Shown: positions 1 through 9,897, counted from the first letter of the stretch. The stretch: DNA of 64,000 nucleotides from IMGVR_UViG_3300032236_002285:62001-126000, one strand, 5' to 3'. Program-made: numbers and translations. The notes: generated by a model from the sequence alone, not told the origin.

Positions 1-114
1 ACGTTACTGCGATTATGGAAAGATTCAAAAACATCTAATCTATAAAAAATCCACACTTACGAAAATCAAGTAAATAAAGGGTTATATATAGATCATAAAA
101 AAAAATAAAAAATT

Positions 115-1809
115 ATGTCACACATTAGAATAGACAAAACAAAAGCAGTTAAGAAATGGGCTCCTGTATTGGAGAACATGGGCGTTGCTGCTGATAGAGT
201 TGAATGGATGTCAGAAATGGCTGAGTATCACTCAATCAATGAAAACGCATATGTAAATGCTTCTAACGTAGCAGGTATGGGTAGTGTATTGAATCCAGTT
301 GTTGGTTCATTAGCTGGTAACCCAGGTAACTACACAAATGCTTACGGTAACGTAGCAGGTTCTGGCGACGTAGGTCAAAACTTACTTCCAGTAGCTATGA
401 AAATCGCGGGTCAAACTATCGGTTTAGACTTAGTAGCTGTTAAACCAACTCCTGGTCCAAAAATCGATTTGTTATATATCGACTTCCAATATGACGATAT
501 TAACACATCATCAAATGAAAGACCACAAGTTTTCAAATTGACTTGTGATAACGTAGCAGCTATCGAAGCAGCTATTACTTCTGATCTTTCTGGTTATTCA
601 ATTAATCAAAGTCAAGGTGGTTTACAAGGTGGTAGAGTATTCTACGGTATTACTGCATCTAGCGTTTATAAAACAACAACTGAACCAGGTACTAAAACAA
701 ACATCGTTGAGTTCTTAGGTTTCTCTCGTGTTGATGGTTTACCAATGTTCAGAGCTTACAGACAAAATAACTCTACAGCAGTAGGTGCTTATAATAACAC
801 TTTTGACGCAACTAAAAACACTTTTGACCAAACTAGTCCAATAGTTTCTCAAATTTTAAGTATCTCTGGTGTAACTCCAACAGCTAACTCTAATAAAGCA
901 GTTCAATTAGTATCTGCTCTTGAAGATCATCTTCCTGGTTTCTCTGCAAACTGGACATCTTCTACAGGTGCTGCTTCTGGTAACTACCCAATGGGTCGTC
1001 AAGCAGATGATGACAGCTATGCTGGTGTTATCGGTCCAAAAATTTCTTCTAAAACTGTTGCAGTTGGTACTATTGAAGTATCTTCAGCTCTTAGAAGAAC
1101 TGAAATTGAAGATATCAAAGCTAATACAGGTATGGATATCGTTCAAAAAATGGAATCAATCCTTGTTAACGAACTTTCTCAAACAATCTCTAAACAAATT
1201 GTTGCTAAAGTATTCGAAATGGGTGATTTGAACAGAACAGGCGCTCCTGCTTCTTCTGCAACTGCTAACCCTAACTCACTTTCAGGTTGGACAATTTTTG
1301 ACTTGGATACTGCATACGCATCTAACCAAGTTGGTGGTGAAACAACTCACGCTGTTCAACGTAAGTTGATCACTAAGATTGCTCACGCTTCTAACTATAT
1401 CGCAACTGAAGGTCGTGTTGGTCCTGCTCAATACCTTATCACAAACGGAGGTCTTGCTGCCGCTTTACAAGATATCGCTGGTTATACAATTAACCCAGTT
1501 AAATCTAAATTAAACGGTCAAGGTCAACTTTATCCAGTTGGTTCAATCGGAGATATCTCTATCTATGTAGATCCATATCAAAGATACAACGATAATAGAA
1601 TCGTTCTTGGTAGAAAAAACAACCCAGATCAACCAGGTATCATTTTCGTACCTTACTTGATGGCTCAGTCTATCTCAGTTATCTCTGAAGCTACATTCGC
1701 TCCACGTATGTTACTTCGTTCAAGATACGCTGTAACTGAAGTTGGTTGGTACCCACACAAGCAATACATGACTATTAAAGTTAATGATGCTGCTCAATTA
1801 CTTAACTAA
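115..1809 (+). CDS. gp23: Major capsid protein, T4 gp23-like
   Basis: KWAPVLE N-terminus, IGLDLVAVKP, YVDPY, PGIIFVPY and FAPRMLLRSRY motifs; strongly biased codon usage; terminator downstream. Confidence 0.95.
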   Translation: MSHIRIDKTKAVKKWAPVLENMGVAADRVEWMSEMAEYHSINENAYVNASNVAGMGSVLNPVVGSLAGNPGNYTNAYGNVAGSGDVGQNLLPVAMKIAGQTIGLDLVAVKPTPGPKIDLLYIDFQYDDINTSSNERPQVFKLTCDNVAAIEAAITSDLSGYSINQSQGGLQGGRVFYGITASSVYKTTTEPGTKTNIVEFLGFSRVDGLPMFRAYRQNNSTAVGAYNNTFDATKNTFDQTSPIVSQILSISGVTPTANSNKAVQLVSALEDHLPGFSANWTSSTGAASGNYPMGRQADDDSYAGVIGPKISSKTVAVGTIEVSSALRRTEIEDIKANTGMDIVQKMESILVNELSQTISKQIVAKVFEMGDLNRTGAPASSATANPNSLSGWTIFDLDTAYASNQVGGETTHAVQRKLITKIAHASNYIATEGRVGPAQYLITNGGLAAALQDIAGYTINPVKSKLNGQGQLYPVGSIGDISIYVDPYQRYNDNRIVLGRKNNPDQPGIIFVPYLMAQSISVISEATFAPRMLLRSRYAVTEVGWYPHKQYMTIKVNDAAQLLN

Positions 1810-1828
1810 TTTGAGTTACCAAATATTG

Positions 1829-1855
1829 AAAAAAGACCCTTTATGGGTCTTTTTT
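1829..1855. terminator. Intrinsic terminator after the capsid gene
   Basis: aaaaaagaccc-ttta-tgggtctttttt hairpin with flanking A and T tracts. Confidence 0.85.
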
Positions 1856-1889
1856 CTTTTTAAACAATTTTGAATTTAATATATACTTT

Positions 1890-2576
1890 ATGAAAAAATA
1901 CTTACTTATTGAGGTAAATTCTGATGATGATATCATTGTTAAGTACTTTGATGATTTAACTGATGTACATTCTTATGTTTGTCATGAGTTAATGTACGAG
2001 GACTTAGATATAGAAGATTTTAAAAATGACCCATATGGTAGTGTTGAAGAAAGAATTGAAGAACATGAGTCAAGTTTTTACTTATTTGAAGATGAAAAAG
2101 AATTATTTCATTTGATAATAGGTGATATAAAACAAGGTGATTGGGATAAATTTACAGATTTATGTTTAAAAACTATGAAAGAAAGTAAAATTATGAACTT
2201 TAAATTGTTCACAGAGGGTAAAAAAGACAAATTTCCTAATATTCAAAAAGTTGATATTGATGGATTTGTTGTTTATGTTGGTAAAGATGCTAAATCTAAT
2301 GACCACTTAACATTTAATGTTGCTGATAAAGAAGATATATGGATGCATGTTAAAGGTGTTCCTGGCTCACACGTTGTTATTCGTGTTAGAGAAAATCTAC
2401 CTGCTGAAAATGTTATAAAAGCAGCAGCACAATTGGCTAAAAAGAATAGTAAAGCTTCTAAAGATGATAGTGCTACTGTTGTTTATTGTCAAAGAAGATT
2501 TGTTAAGAAAGAACCTGGTATGAATGATGGTCAAGTTAAAGTTGATTATACAAATTCATATCAAATTGTAGTTTAA
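1890..2576 (+). CDS. NFACT-R (DUF814) RNA-binding domain protein with an acidic N-terminal extension
   Basis: VYVGKDAKSNDHLTF, DIWMHVKGVPGSHVVI, AAQLA and VVYCQRRFVKK match NFACT-R. Confidence 0.8.
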   Translation: MKKYLLIEVNSDDDIIVKYFDDLTDVHSYVCHELMYEDLDIEDFKNDPYGSVEERIEEHESSFYLFEDEKELFHLIIGDIKQGDWDKFTDLCLKTMKESKIMNFKLFTEGKKDKFPNIQKVDIDGFVVYVGKDAKSNDHLTFNVADKEDIWMHVKGVPGSHVVIRVRENLPAENVIKAAAQLAKKNSKASKDDSATVVYCQRRFVKKEPGMNDGQVKVDYTNSYQIVV

Positions 2577-2611
2577 TAATTAATATATACACTAATAAAA
2601 TAAATTAAGAA

Positions 2612-3967
2612 ATGGCTGATAAAAAATCTACACGAGTTAAATTTTCTGAAGAATTACATGATTTACTAAGAATCCTTGAGGATGATGGTAGTTATGTTGC
2701 TTTTGAATTACTTTGGTTAAATGAACCAGATTCAAAATATCATAATGGATTAGATGTTGAAGATGTTGATATATCCAAAACAAGATCTTGCTTAGATGTT
2801 AATATTAGAGGTAGAGTTCATCCTATGAAAATAGAAAACTTTATTAAATATTTTTTCAAAAATTATTTCCAATCAGATGTTGTTTTAGATTTTATTGAAC
2901 AATATAACATATTAGCTGGTGGTGGCGGTGAGTTACAAGATACAAGAACTAAAATTATACCAGAACCTTTTAAATATAATCCTAAAGACGTTAGAAGTAC
3001 ATTTATTTCATTAGTTACTAAAACATATCCACACGGACATGAAGAAGAAGTTATGCAGTTTATGCCTAAATTGGATAAAGATTCTGTGGGTAACTATTAT
3101 AAAATTATTGGTGAGAATCCAACAACTATGTTTACATCTCACTTAGATACTGCTGATAGAAAACAAGGAATCACTAAACTTCTTTCAATGAAAGACGAGA
3201 ATGGTGATGAAATTATCTATACTGATGGTTCTACTATCTTAGGTTCGGATGATAAAGCCGGTGTTGCTGTTATGTTATATATGATGGCTCATAATATACC
3301 GGGTCTTTATTATTTCTTTATGGGTGAAGAAAGAGGTGGTATCGGTTCAGGTTTACTTTCTTCTGTGTATGATGAAACTCCTTATCTTAAAAATATTAAA
3401 AGGTGCGTTTCATTTGATAGAAGAGATGTTAAATCGGTTATTACTTCTCAATTAGGTAGAACTTGTTGTTCTGATACATTTGGTACTGCTTTATGTAAAG
3501 AATACAATGCTCATGGTCTTAAATTATCTTTAGATCCTACGGGTATATACACAGATTCTGCTTCATTTATTGACCAGATTCCTGAGTGTACTAACATTTC
3601 TGTTGGTTATTATAATGAGCATACTGGTAAAGAAAGACAAAACATTAACTATTTAGAGAGATTAGCTAAAGCAAGTGTTTTGGTTAATTGGAATTCTCTA
3701 CCAACTGCTAGAAAGATAGGAATTGATGAGGAAGTTATCAGAAAATATGGTAGATTCATTAATGAGCTAAAGGCTACTCCAATGGGAATTGATATCAAAG
3801 TTATGGCTGAAGAAGGTGGTGGTACTGTAATTGCTTGTGATATGGAAGAGGGTTATATTGATGCAACGTATGAGTCACTGACAATGTTACAATTCTTATT
3901 AAATAAACATAAAATCAATCAAACAGTATATTTTGATGGTGATTATATAAAAATAGATTTATCATAA
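2612..3967 (+). CDS. M20/M28-family Zn peptidase-like protein (paralog 1)
   Basis: FTSHLDT, LGSDDKAG, GEERGGIGS, SFDRR, TDS and HT metal-ligand motifs. Confidence 0.8.
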   Translation: MADKKSTRVKFSEELHDLLRILEDDGSYVAFELLWLNEPDSKYHNGLDVEDVDISKTRSCLDVNIRGRVHPMKIENFIKYFFKNYFQSDVVLDFIEQYNILAGGGGELQDTRTKIIPEPFKYNPKDVRSTFISLVTKTYPHGHEEEVMQFMPKLDKDSVGNYYKIIGENPTTMFTSHLDTADRKQGITKLLSMKDENGDEIIYTDGSTILGSDDKAGVAVMLYMMAHNIPGLYYFFMGEERGGIGSGLLSSVYDETPYLKNIKRCVSFDRRDVKSVITSQLGRTCCSDTFGTALCKEYNAHGLKLSLDPTGIYTDSASFIDQIPECTNISVGYYNEHTGKERQNINYLERLAKASVLVNWNSLPTARKIGIDEEVIRKYGRFINELKATPMGIDIKVMAEEGGGTVIACDMEEGYIDATYESLTMLQFLLNKHKINQTVYFDGDYIKIDLS

Positions 3968-4404
3968 TGAAACTTAAAAAATTCAACCAGTTATTTGAAC
4001 GTGAAGGATTTGATGATATAGACCAACCTTTTGACGAAGAAGACGAATATTCAATTCCTGAAGAAGATGATTATGATCCAAGTAGTGATGATGATATGGA
4101 ACATCTTTGTTACTTATTAAGACAAATGTTTAATAATAGCAATATTGATGTTAGTGTTGAGAATAGCGGACTGGATGTATCTATAACTGCTCAGTTTGAT
4201 AGAAAAGAATCATTAAAAGATGTTATAAGACTATTTGAGATTGTTAAAAAGATTAAAAAAGATATTCTTGCTCAGTATGATTCTTCATATGAGATGTGGG
4301 AAACAAGATCTGGTAATCCTATGATTACTTTTGATTTTAATTTAGATGAAGATTCTGATAAAGATGGTGTTACTACTGGTGATAAAGATGATTATCCTTG
4401 GTAA
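3967..4404 (+). CDS. Hypothetical acidic protein with CTS-like N-terminus
   Basis: ORF overlapping the upstream stop; starts MKLKKFNQLFERE. Confidence 0.7.
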   Translation: MKLKKFNQLFEREGFDDIDQPFDEEDEYSIPEEDDYDPSSDDDMEHLCYLLRQMFNNSNIDVSVENSGLDVSITAQFDRKESLKDVIRLFEIVKKIKKDILAQYDSSYEMWETRSGNPMITFDFNLDEDSDKDGVTTGDKDDYPW

Positions 4405-4450
4405 TATTTAAATAAATTTCAAACTTTTTTCTATTTTGAAATATTATATA

Positions 4451-4458
4451 TATCTTTG
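4451..4458 (+). promoter_or_regulatory. Bacteroidota-type -7 element upstream of tmRNA
   Basis: TATCTTTG ends 18 nt before the tmRNA 5' end; no canonically spaced -33 TTTG. Confidence 0.55.
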
Positions 4459-4476
4459 TAAGATAATAACACACTT

Positions 4477-4855
4477 GGGGATGTTTTAGAATTGATTTGC
4501 GGATTAGTGGTAGTTATGCAGGTATCGGATGGTTAAGTACCCGATTAATAAATTAAGTGATAAATTTGTAAACGGCAACGTTAATGAAGTAGCAAGCAAT
4601 GAAGACTTAGTATTTGCTCTACAAAACAACATGCTCTTGGTAGAAGAGCCAGCAACTGTCTAACAGCAGTTCCTGTAGAAAAATTCTCCACCTTGTATCA
4701 CACAAGAATAAAATGGTGAAATGGGTTTTTGTTACTTATTAGAGTTTATCAAAAAAAGTAAATAGTTTGTGAGTTTAGAAAAATTTAACAAGCCTGTAAA
4801 TGAATAATTATTAATAACTGAAAAAGACACGATGGGCAGTACATCGTCATCTCCA
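4477..4855 (+). ncRNA. ssrA: tmRNA; tag ORF ~4574-4663 encodes GNVNEVASNEDLVFALQNNMLLVEEPATV
   Basis: 5' GGGGATG pairs with 3' CATCTCC including G3-U; discriminator A; T-arm cgatg-GGCAGTA-catcg; internal open tag frame; 379 nt. Confidence 0.9.
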
Positions 4856-4860
4856 CAAGT

Positions 4861-4910
4861 CCGATAGTAATATCGGTTTTTTAGACCTCACTTCCTGTGA
4901 GGTCTTTTTT
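4861..4910 (+). terminator. Two tandem terminator hairpins after the tmRNA
   Basis: ccgata-gtaa-tatcgg-tttttt and agacctcac-ttcct-gtgaggtct-ttttt. Confidence 0.8.
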
Positions 4911-5001
4911 ATTTTATGAAAATTTGAAAAAATTATATATATTTGTGTTATGAAAAATTTAAGAGATAGAGTAGATATGTAAGTAAAAATAAACTTACAT
5001 T

Positions 5002-5325
5002 ATGTCTAAACACAATAATAAATACTGGTTGAGAGAAAAGCAATACCGTTCTTTACTAAGAGAGCGTGAATCTATATGGGATGAAACCACTTGGAGATAC
5101 GGTCTTAGATCTCAACATAAAAGACTTCAAGAGATATATGAAATCTTAAAGCAAAGATTCTACGATGAAGAATATGGCTGGTATCAAACTGCGCCTAAAC
5201 ATTATCGTAAAACCTTGAACCGTATCCAAAGAGCTAAACAAAAACAAGTAATGCACAAAATTATCTCTGGTGAAGAAAACTTTGTTTTTGAGGATAGTTA
5301 TAAAGATGCTCCTTGGTACTGGTAA
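5002..5325 (+). CDS. Hypothetical basic protein ending PWYW
   Basis: 107-aa ORF; TATATTTG at 4938-4945 upstream. Confidence 0.7.
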   Translation: MSKHNNKYWLREKQYRSLLRERESIWDETTWRYGLRSQHKRLQEIYEILKQRFYDEEYGWYQTAPKHYRKTLNRIQRAKQKQVMHKIISGEENFVFEDSYKDAPWYW

Positions 5326-5354
5326 ACTTTATCCTATTCATTAATATAATAATT

Positions 5355-5873
5355 ATGATTGATAAATTTGAAGGTCGTTGGAGATTTCTTTCTAATTTCT
5401 ATGCTTGTCGTATAGAACACCAAGGTATTACATATCCTTCGGTTGAACACTTCTATGTAGCGATGAAAGTAAATGACCAACAACTAATTGATGGTAGATA
5501 TTACACACCTGGTGATTTCAGAGAAATGATTGCTAGGATTTCTAATCCAGGTTCGGTTAAAAGAATTGGCTCTAAAGTTAAGCTAAGAAGTAACTGGGAT
5601 GAAAAGAAATTAGATATTATGAATTGGGCCGTTCGTCAAAAATTCAAAGATGAATCTTTAGCTCAAATGTTATTATCTACTGATGGTCAGGAATTAATTG
5701 AAGGTACTTACTGGCATGATAAATTCTGGGGTATATGTACCTGTGCAAAGTGTTCTAATAAGGGTGAAAACCACTTAGGTAAGATTCTTATGCAAGTAAG
5801 AGAAGAATTAAAATTAGCACATCAAAAACCTTCAATAGAAGATATAATAAAAGATAAAAATAAATTAAATTAA
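5355..5873 (+). CDS. NADAR (YbiA/DUF1768) family protein
   Basis: FLSNFY, YPSVEHFYVAMK, LRSNWDE, RQKF, LIEG-YWHDKFWG and GENHLGKILMQVR; start revised from TTG 5313 to ATG 5355. Confidence 0.9.
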   Translation: MIDKFEGRWRFLSNFYACRIEHQGITYPSVEHFYVAMKVNDQQLIDGRYYTPGDFREMIARISNPGSVKRIGSKVKLRSNWDEKKLDIMNWAVRQKFKDESLAQMLLSTDGQELIEGTYWHDKFWGICTCAKCSNKGENHLGKILMQVREELKLAHQKPSIEDIIKDKNKLN

Positions 5874-5883
5874 TTTATTTTTT

Positions 5884-5913
5884 GATAGTAGGTTAAATTA
5901 CTTCGGAGGGAAA
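5884..5913 (+). pseudogene. Remnant copy of the methyltransferase 5' end (SRLNYFGGK)
   Basis: tac ttc gga ggg aaa (YFGGK) mirrors tat ttt ggt ggc aag at 6775-6789; no start codon in frame. Confidence 0.6.
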
Positions 5914-5936
5914 TGGTATTTTTTTATATATAGTAT

Positions 5937-6758
5937 ATGAGAAAATTAAAAGACCTATCTGATATTGAAAAATCAGAAATTTTAAATCAAAGAAAACTTG
6001 GAACTACAGAAAAAGAAATATCATCTAAATTTGATATTTCTTTAAGGCAATATTATAACTTATTGAAGCTAAATAACGTTGAAAGAAAAAACAAAGTAGT
6101 TAGGTATAATTTTGATGAAGATTATTTTGAATCTATAGACACTGAAGATAAAGCTTACTTTTTGGGATTTATTGTTGCTGATGGTTGTATTAGTGATAAG
6201 ACAAATACTATTAAGATAATACAGAAGGAAATTGATATATTATATGAATTTAAAAAGTATATTAATTCAGACGGTGGTATATTTACATCAAAAAATAGAA
6301 ATATTTCAAGCTTTAGTGTATCATCTGCTAAGACTAAAGATGATCTTGAAAAGTTGGGAATACATTCAAATAAAACAATGGTTGTTAAATATCCAAGTAT
6401 TCCTGATAATTTACAAAATCACTTCATGAGAGGTGTCTTTGATGGAGATGGTTGTATTACATTGAGAACAGATAAAAGAGACAATCAACAAAGAGGACAA
6501 GTAAATATATGTTCAGGTAGTTATGATTTTATAAAAGAATATTATGATAAATTAGTATTATTTGCTAATTTATCAGGTAGGAATAAAATAAGATGCCCTA
6601 AAGGAACATATCATGTGGTTGACTGGGGTGGTTTATCAGATGTTGAGAATATTTATAATTTTTTATATAAAGACTCAACTATATACCTCAAACGAAAAAA
6701 AGAAACTTTCGAAAAAGTAATTAGTATAACTAAAGATAAAAATAAATATAGAAAATAA
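5937..6758 (+). mobile_element. Free-standing double-motif LAGLIDADG homing endonuclease with N-terminal HTH
   Basis: YFLGFIVADGCI and HFMRGVFDGDGCI motifs; C-terminal YLKRK; own TTATATATA motif upstream. Confidence 0.9.
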
Positions 6759-6759
6759 T

Positions 6760-7746
6760 ATGGCATGTATAAGTTATTTTGGTGGCAAGAGTTCATCAGT
6801 ATTCCAAGAGTTTATTAACTCAAAAATCCCTAAAGATGGTACTATTAAAACGTATTTAGAACCATTTTCTGGCTCAATGGGAACGTATATGGACGACCCA
6901 AAACTAAAGTTTGATGTAGTTATCTATAATGATAAAAATCGTCACCAGGTGAACTTATATAAGTGTTGTGCTCAACCTGAAATCTTTGCTCAGCATTTAG
7001 AGAATCTTAAAAATACTTTACTTCATACAACTGAAACTGATCCGTTAAAAAAGTGGGATTTTTACAAAGCTATTTACAAAGAGTATATTAAGAATGATTT
7101 CTTAGATGACATGAACTTTGAGATTGGTGATTACGAAAAAGCGGCTATCTATGCTTTCTTAATTACTTCAGCTCACAATTCAGTTTATCCTCGTGGTGCT
7201 GGTTTTAATGGTTATAAAAAAGATAAAGACCGTTTGAAATTAGAAGTTCTTATTAAGAAGTTAAAAAAGAATGATTATACAGATAAGTTAAAATCTATTA
7301 CAGAATATCTTAATATTGACTTTGAAGAGTTGATTAATAAATACGACGCAGAAGATACTTATATGTATTTAGATCCACCATATGCTCGTTTTGATGAGGC
7401 TAAAGGTGAAGATGATGCTAAAAGATTGTTCTGGTATGGTGCAGATAAAGATGGTATGTTTGGACCAGCTTCTCATAGAAGATTATTAGAACTAATTAAA
7501 AAATCCAAATCTCGTTGGTCATTATCTTATTACTATTTTCCTTTGTTAGAAGAATTGTTACCAAGAGACCAATATATCTGGACTGAAAAAGAAGTATTTA
7601 GAAGTTCAGCTCAAGGTGGTAATAACTCAGATGGTAAAGGTGAACAAGCTAAAGGTGTTGAGTTGTTGATTATGAACTACGATCCAGCTACTGGTAAAAA
7701 ATTAAACATTCAAGATGGTGTATCCGTTACCGAGACAAAGATATAA
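6760..7746 (+). CDS. Dam-like DNA adenine methyltransferase
   Basis: SYFGGK, YLEPFSGS (motif I), YLDPPY (motif IV), ELLIMNY. Confidence 0.9.
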   Translation: MACISYFGGKSSSVFQEFINSKIPKDGTIKTYLEPFSGSMGTYMDDPKLKFDVVIYNDKNRHQVNLYKCCAQPEIFAQHLENLKNTLLHTTETDPLKKWDFYKAIYKEYIKNDFLDDMNFEIGDYEKAAIYAFLITSAHNSVYPRGAGFNGYKKDKDRLKLEVLIKKLKKNDYTDKLKSITEYLNIDFEELINKYDAEDTYMYLDPPYARFDEAKGEDDAKRLFWYGADKDGMFGPASHRRLLELIKKSKSRWSLSYYYFPLLEELLPRDQYIWTEKEVFRSSAQGGNNSDGKGEQAKGVELLIMNYDPATGKKLNIQDGVSVTETKI

Positions 7747-7915
7747 GCATTATAAAGGTGGTACTTATGAAGTAATTACTTTAGCCACTCATACAGAAAC
7801 AGGGGAAAAGTTAGTAGTCTATAAGTCTATTAACTTTGGCTCTATTTATGTTAGACCTTTGGATATCTGGAATTCAACATCAGAAGATGGACAAAAAAGA
7901 TTTGAACTTATATGA
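7715..7915 (+). CDS. DUF1653-family protein
   Basis: RYKHYKGGTYEVITLATHTETGEKLVVYKS...YVRP...RFE. Confidence 0.85.
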   Translation: MVYPLPRQRYKHYKGGTYEVITLATHTETGEKLVVYKSINFGSIYVRPLDIWNSTSEDGQKRFELI

Positions 7916-8661
7916 GTAATATAGTTGATTTATTTAATAATAACTCTAAAGAGTTTATTGTCACCCAGCGTTGGATGGTTGAAAATAAAAACCTTACCAA
8001 CTTTGAGACTAGGAAGTTCTCAGTTCCGGTTTTAACATCAGAAATGAAAAATGAATATCTTAACATGGATATGACACCTCATCTAATTAGTGTTATTAAA
8101 AAAGAAATTAGTCAAGATGTAAATAACTTATTTAATAAAAAATTATTTACTACTAATAAGTTTGATTATTTAGATTTAAGACCTGATGGTTCTTTAATGA
8201 CAGGTAGATTATATCTTGAGAAATTGGTGAGTTTGATACTTAGTAATAATTACAAGAATTTAATTACTACTATACTTATATCTTCAGAGTTACAAGATAG
8301 TGCTTTTTTTTCGTCTTATATGACAACACATGACTTAAAGACTAGTGGTTTGCTTGAGTGTTATGGTAAATTGGGTAGTGTTGAAGTTTATGTCGACCCA
8401 TATATGAGGTATAATGATGGAAGAATATGTTTATTCAATGAAGTTGAGTTCAATATAGGCGAAATGAAGGCTTATGAGACTACACAAATTGGCTCCTTGG
8501 TTCCTAGAATTATTATAGAATATGATATTGATTATAATGTGGGAGATTCAAAATTAATCTTTGTTATTGAGAATGAAAAATCTGAGGCATATATGCAGTA
8601 TAAATCTCTACAAAGAGATATAAAAATTGACAACATTTTAGATGGCGGCACTACTTCCTAA
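7912..8661 (+). CDS. Degenerate major-capsid-derived protein
   Basis: GKLGSVEVYVDPYMRYNDGRICL vs capsid GSIGDISIYVDPYQRYNDNRIVL; ends RDIKIDNILD. Confidence 0.75.
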   Translation: MSNIVDLFNNNSKEFIVTQRWMVENKNLTNFETRKFSVPVLTSEMKNEYLNMDMTPHLISVIKKEISQDVNNLFNKKLFTTNKFDYLDLRPDGSLMTGRLYLEKLVSLILSNNYKNLITTILISSELQDSAFFSSYMTTHDLKTSGLLECYGKLGSVEVYVDPYMRYNDGRICLFNEVEFNIGEMKAYETTQIGSLVPRIIIEYDIDYNVGDSKLIFVIENEKSEAYMQYKSLQRDIKIDNILDGGTTS

Positions 8662-8863
8662 TACATTTCAAGTTACTAATCCAGGAGGATCAAACGCAAT
8701 GACTGTTGATCCGGATGGTAATACAGTTATAAATAAACTGGTTCTTTTAGATGAGAAAACTGGTAATAAATGGCAAGTTAAAATATCAGATGGTGAATTG
8801 GTCGTAGAACCACTAGAATTAGAAGATAAAAGAGAATTTAAATTAAATGAAATACTAAAATGA
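8642..8863 (+). CDS. Hypothetical protein with C-terminal REFKLNEIL motif
   Basis: ORF overlapping both neighbours. Confidence 0.65.
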   Translation: MAALLPNTFQVTNPGGSNAMTVDPDGNTVINKLVLLDEKTGNKWQVKISDGELVVEPLELEDKREFKLNEILK

Positions 8864-9408
8864 AAAAGTACAAAGTTTCTATATATGGATATGGAGCAGA
8901 AGTAACAATTGGCTCTGTAACTGAAGAACAAAAATTACTACTAACTAATCCTGATAAAGAATTGGTTGATTGTGTTCTTGAAGATTTAGAAGATTGGGGT
9001 GGATGGTATGAGATTGATAATCAGTACCATCGTTGGGGAGCCGCTGGTAATTTTACTATTCTTATTGAAGATGAAGAAGGTAAGATTTTGTATAAAATTG
9101 ATTCTGAGAATATTCATCAATTTGATACAGATGATTTTGAATTAGTTGACTATGAGTGTATTGAAGTTGATGAATCTCAAGACTTATTAATGTGTGTTGC
9201 TTATGAAAAAGGTTCTTTCTTTGAAGGTGATATTGAAACTGATGATTTTAATATTTCTAAATTGAGAATTAGAATTGACGGTGAGATTGGAATTGATGAG
9301 TGTTACTATGGTGATATGGTTCGTGGTGTTTACTATGATGATGAAGAAGTAGATAACTATGGTGGTAGCACCGATGGTAAATCATTTGAAGTTTATAAGA
9401 ACTTTTAA
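8860..9408 (+). CDS. Hypothetical acidic protein
   Basis: ATGA overlap with upstream gene; followed by terminator. Confidence 0.7.
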   Translation: MKKYKVSIYGYGAEVTIGSVTEEQKLLLTNPDKELVDCVLEDLEDWGGWYEIDNQYHRWGAAGNFTILIEDEEGKILYKIDSENIHQFDTDDFELVDYECIEVDESQDLLMCVAYEKGSFFEGDIETDDFNISKLRIRIDGEIGIDECYYGDMVRGVYYDDEEVDNYGGSTDGKSFEVYKNF

Positions 9409-9412
9409 AAAG

Positions 9413-9442
9413 AAAAAACCTCAGAGAAATCTGAGGTTTTTT
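9413..9442. terminator. Bidirectional terminator
   Basis: aaaaaacctcaga-gaaa-tctgaggtttttt between convergent genes. Confidence 0.85.
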
Positions 9443-9456
9443 AATTTATTAATATT

Positions 9457-9897
9457 TTACATCCAACCACCTTGTTGATTACCATGTGGATTTATTTCTT
9501 GACCATCCACCATTAAGTGAATTTCACCACCAATATTTTTTAGAGCGTTTTGTATAGCTTTAACAGCATATCCTTTTACAAGACCTTCTCCCTCAATTGA
9601 GATGTTACAAATACCTGGTGAGCCACCAAATTCTTCGTTAGTACCTTCTAACTCTTCAATTGCGTCAATTTTATCTTCAATCTCAGCTGGACTTAAATCG
9701 TCCATTTTATGAGTTACTTTATTGTACTTATATCTTGAATTAGCAAAATTCTTTTGATGCTCATCAGAATTTGGCTTGTTTTGTCTGTCCATTTTCTTCA
9801 ATTCTTCTTTTTCAGCATTAGGATTAGCCAAGAAGTCCTTGAAGTTAACCACTTTTCTATTTACATTGAAAGTTGGTTGGTTATCTTTATAGGTCAT
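9457..9897 (-). CDS. Hypothetical protein
   Basis: 146-aa ORF; TAATATATA upstream on the minus strand. Confidence 0.7.
   Translation of the reverse strand: MTYKDNQPTFNVNRKVVNFKDFLANPNAEKEELKKMDRQNKPNSDEHQKNFANSRYKYNKVTHKMDDLSPAEIEDKIDAIEELEGTNEEFGGSPGICNISIEGEGLVKGYAVKAIQNALKNIGGEIHLMVDGQEINPHGNQQGGWM

Noticed and set aside
490-1020. Unusual insertion in the major capsid protein
   Set aside because: Its position and rough size match the normal gp23-type insertion-domain region, so it is not clearly exceptional
5886-5906. gtag..ttacttcg resembling the Y-RNA motif
   Set aside because: No closing stems; better explained as the orphaned YFGGK codons of the methyltransferase
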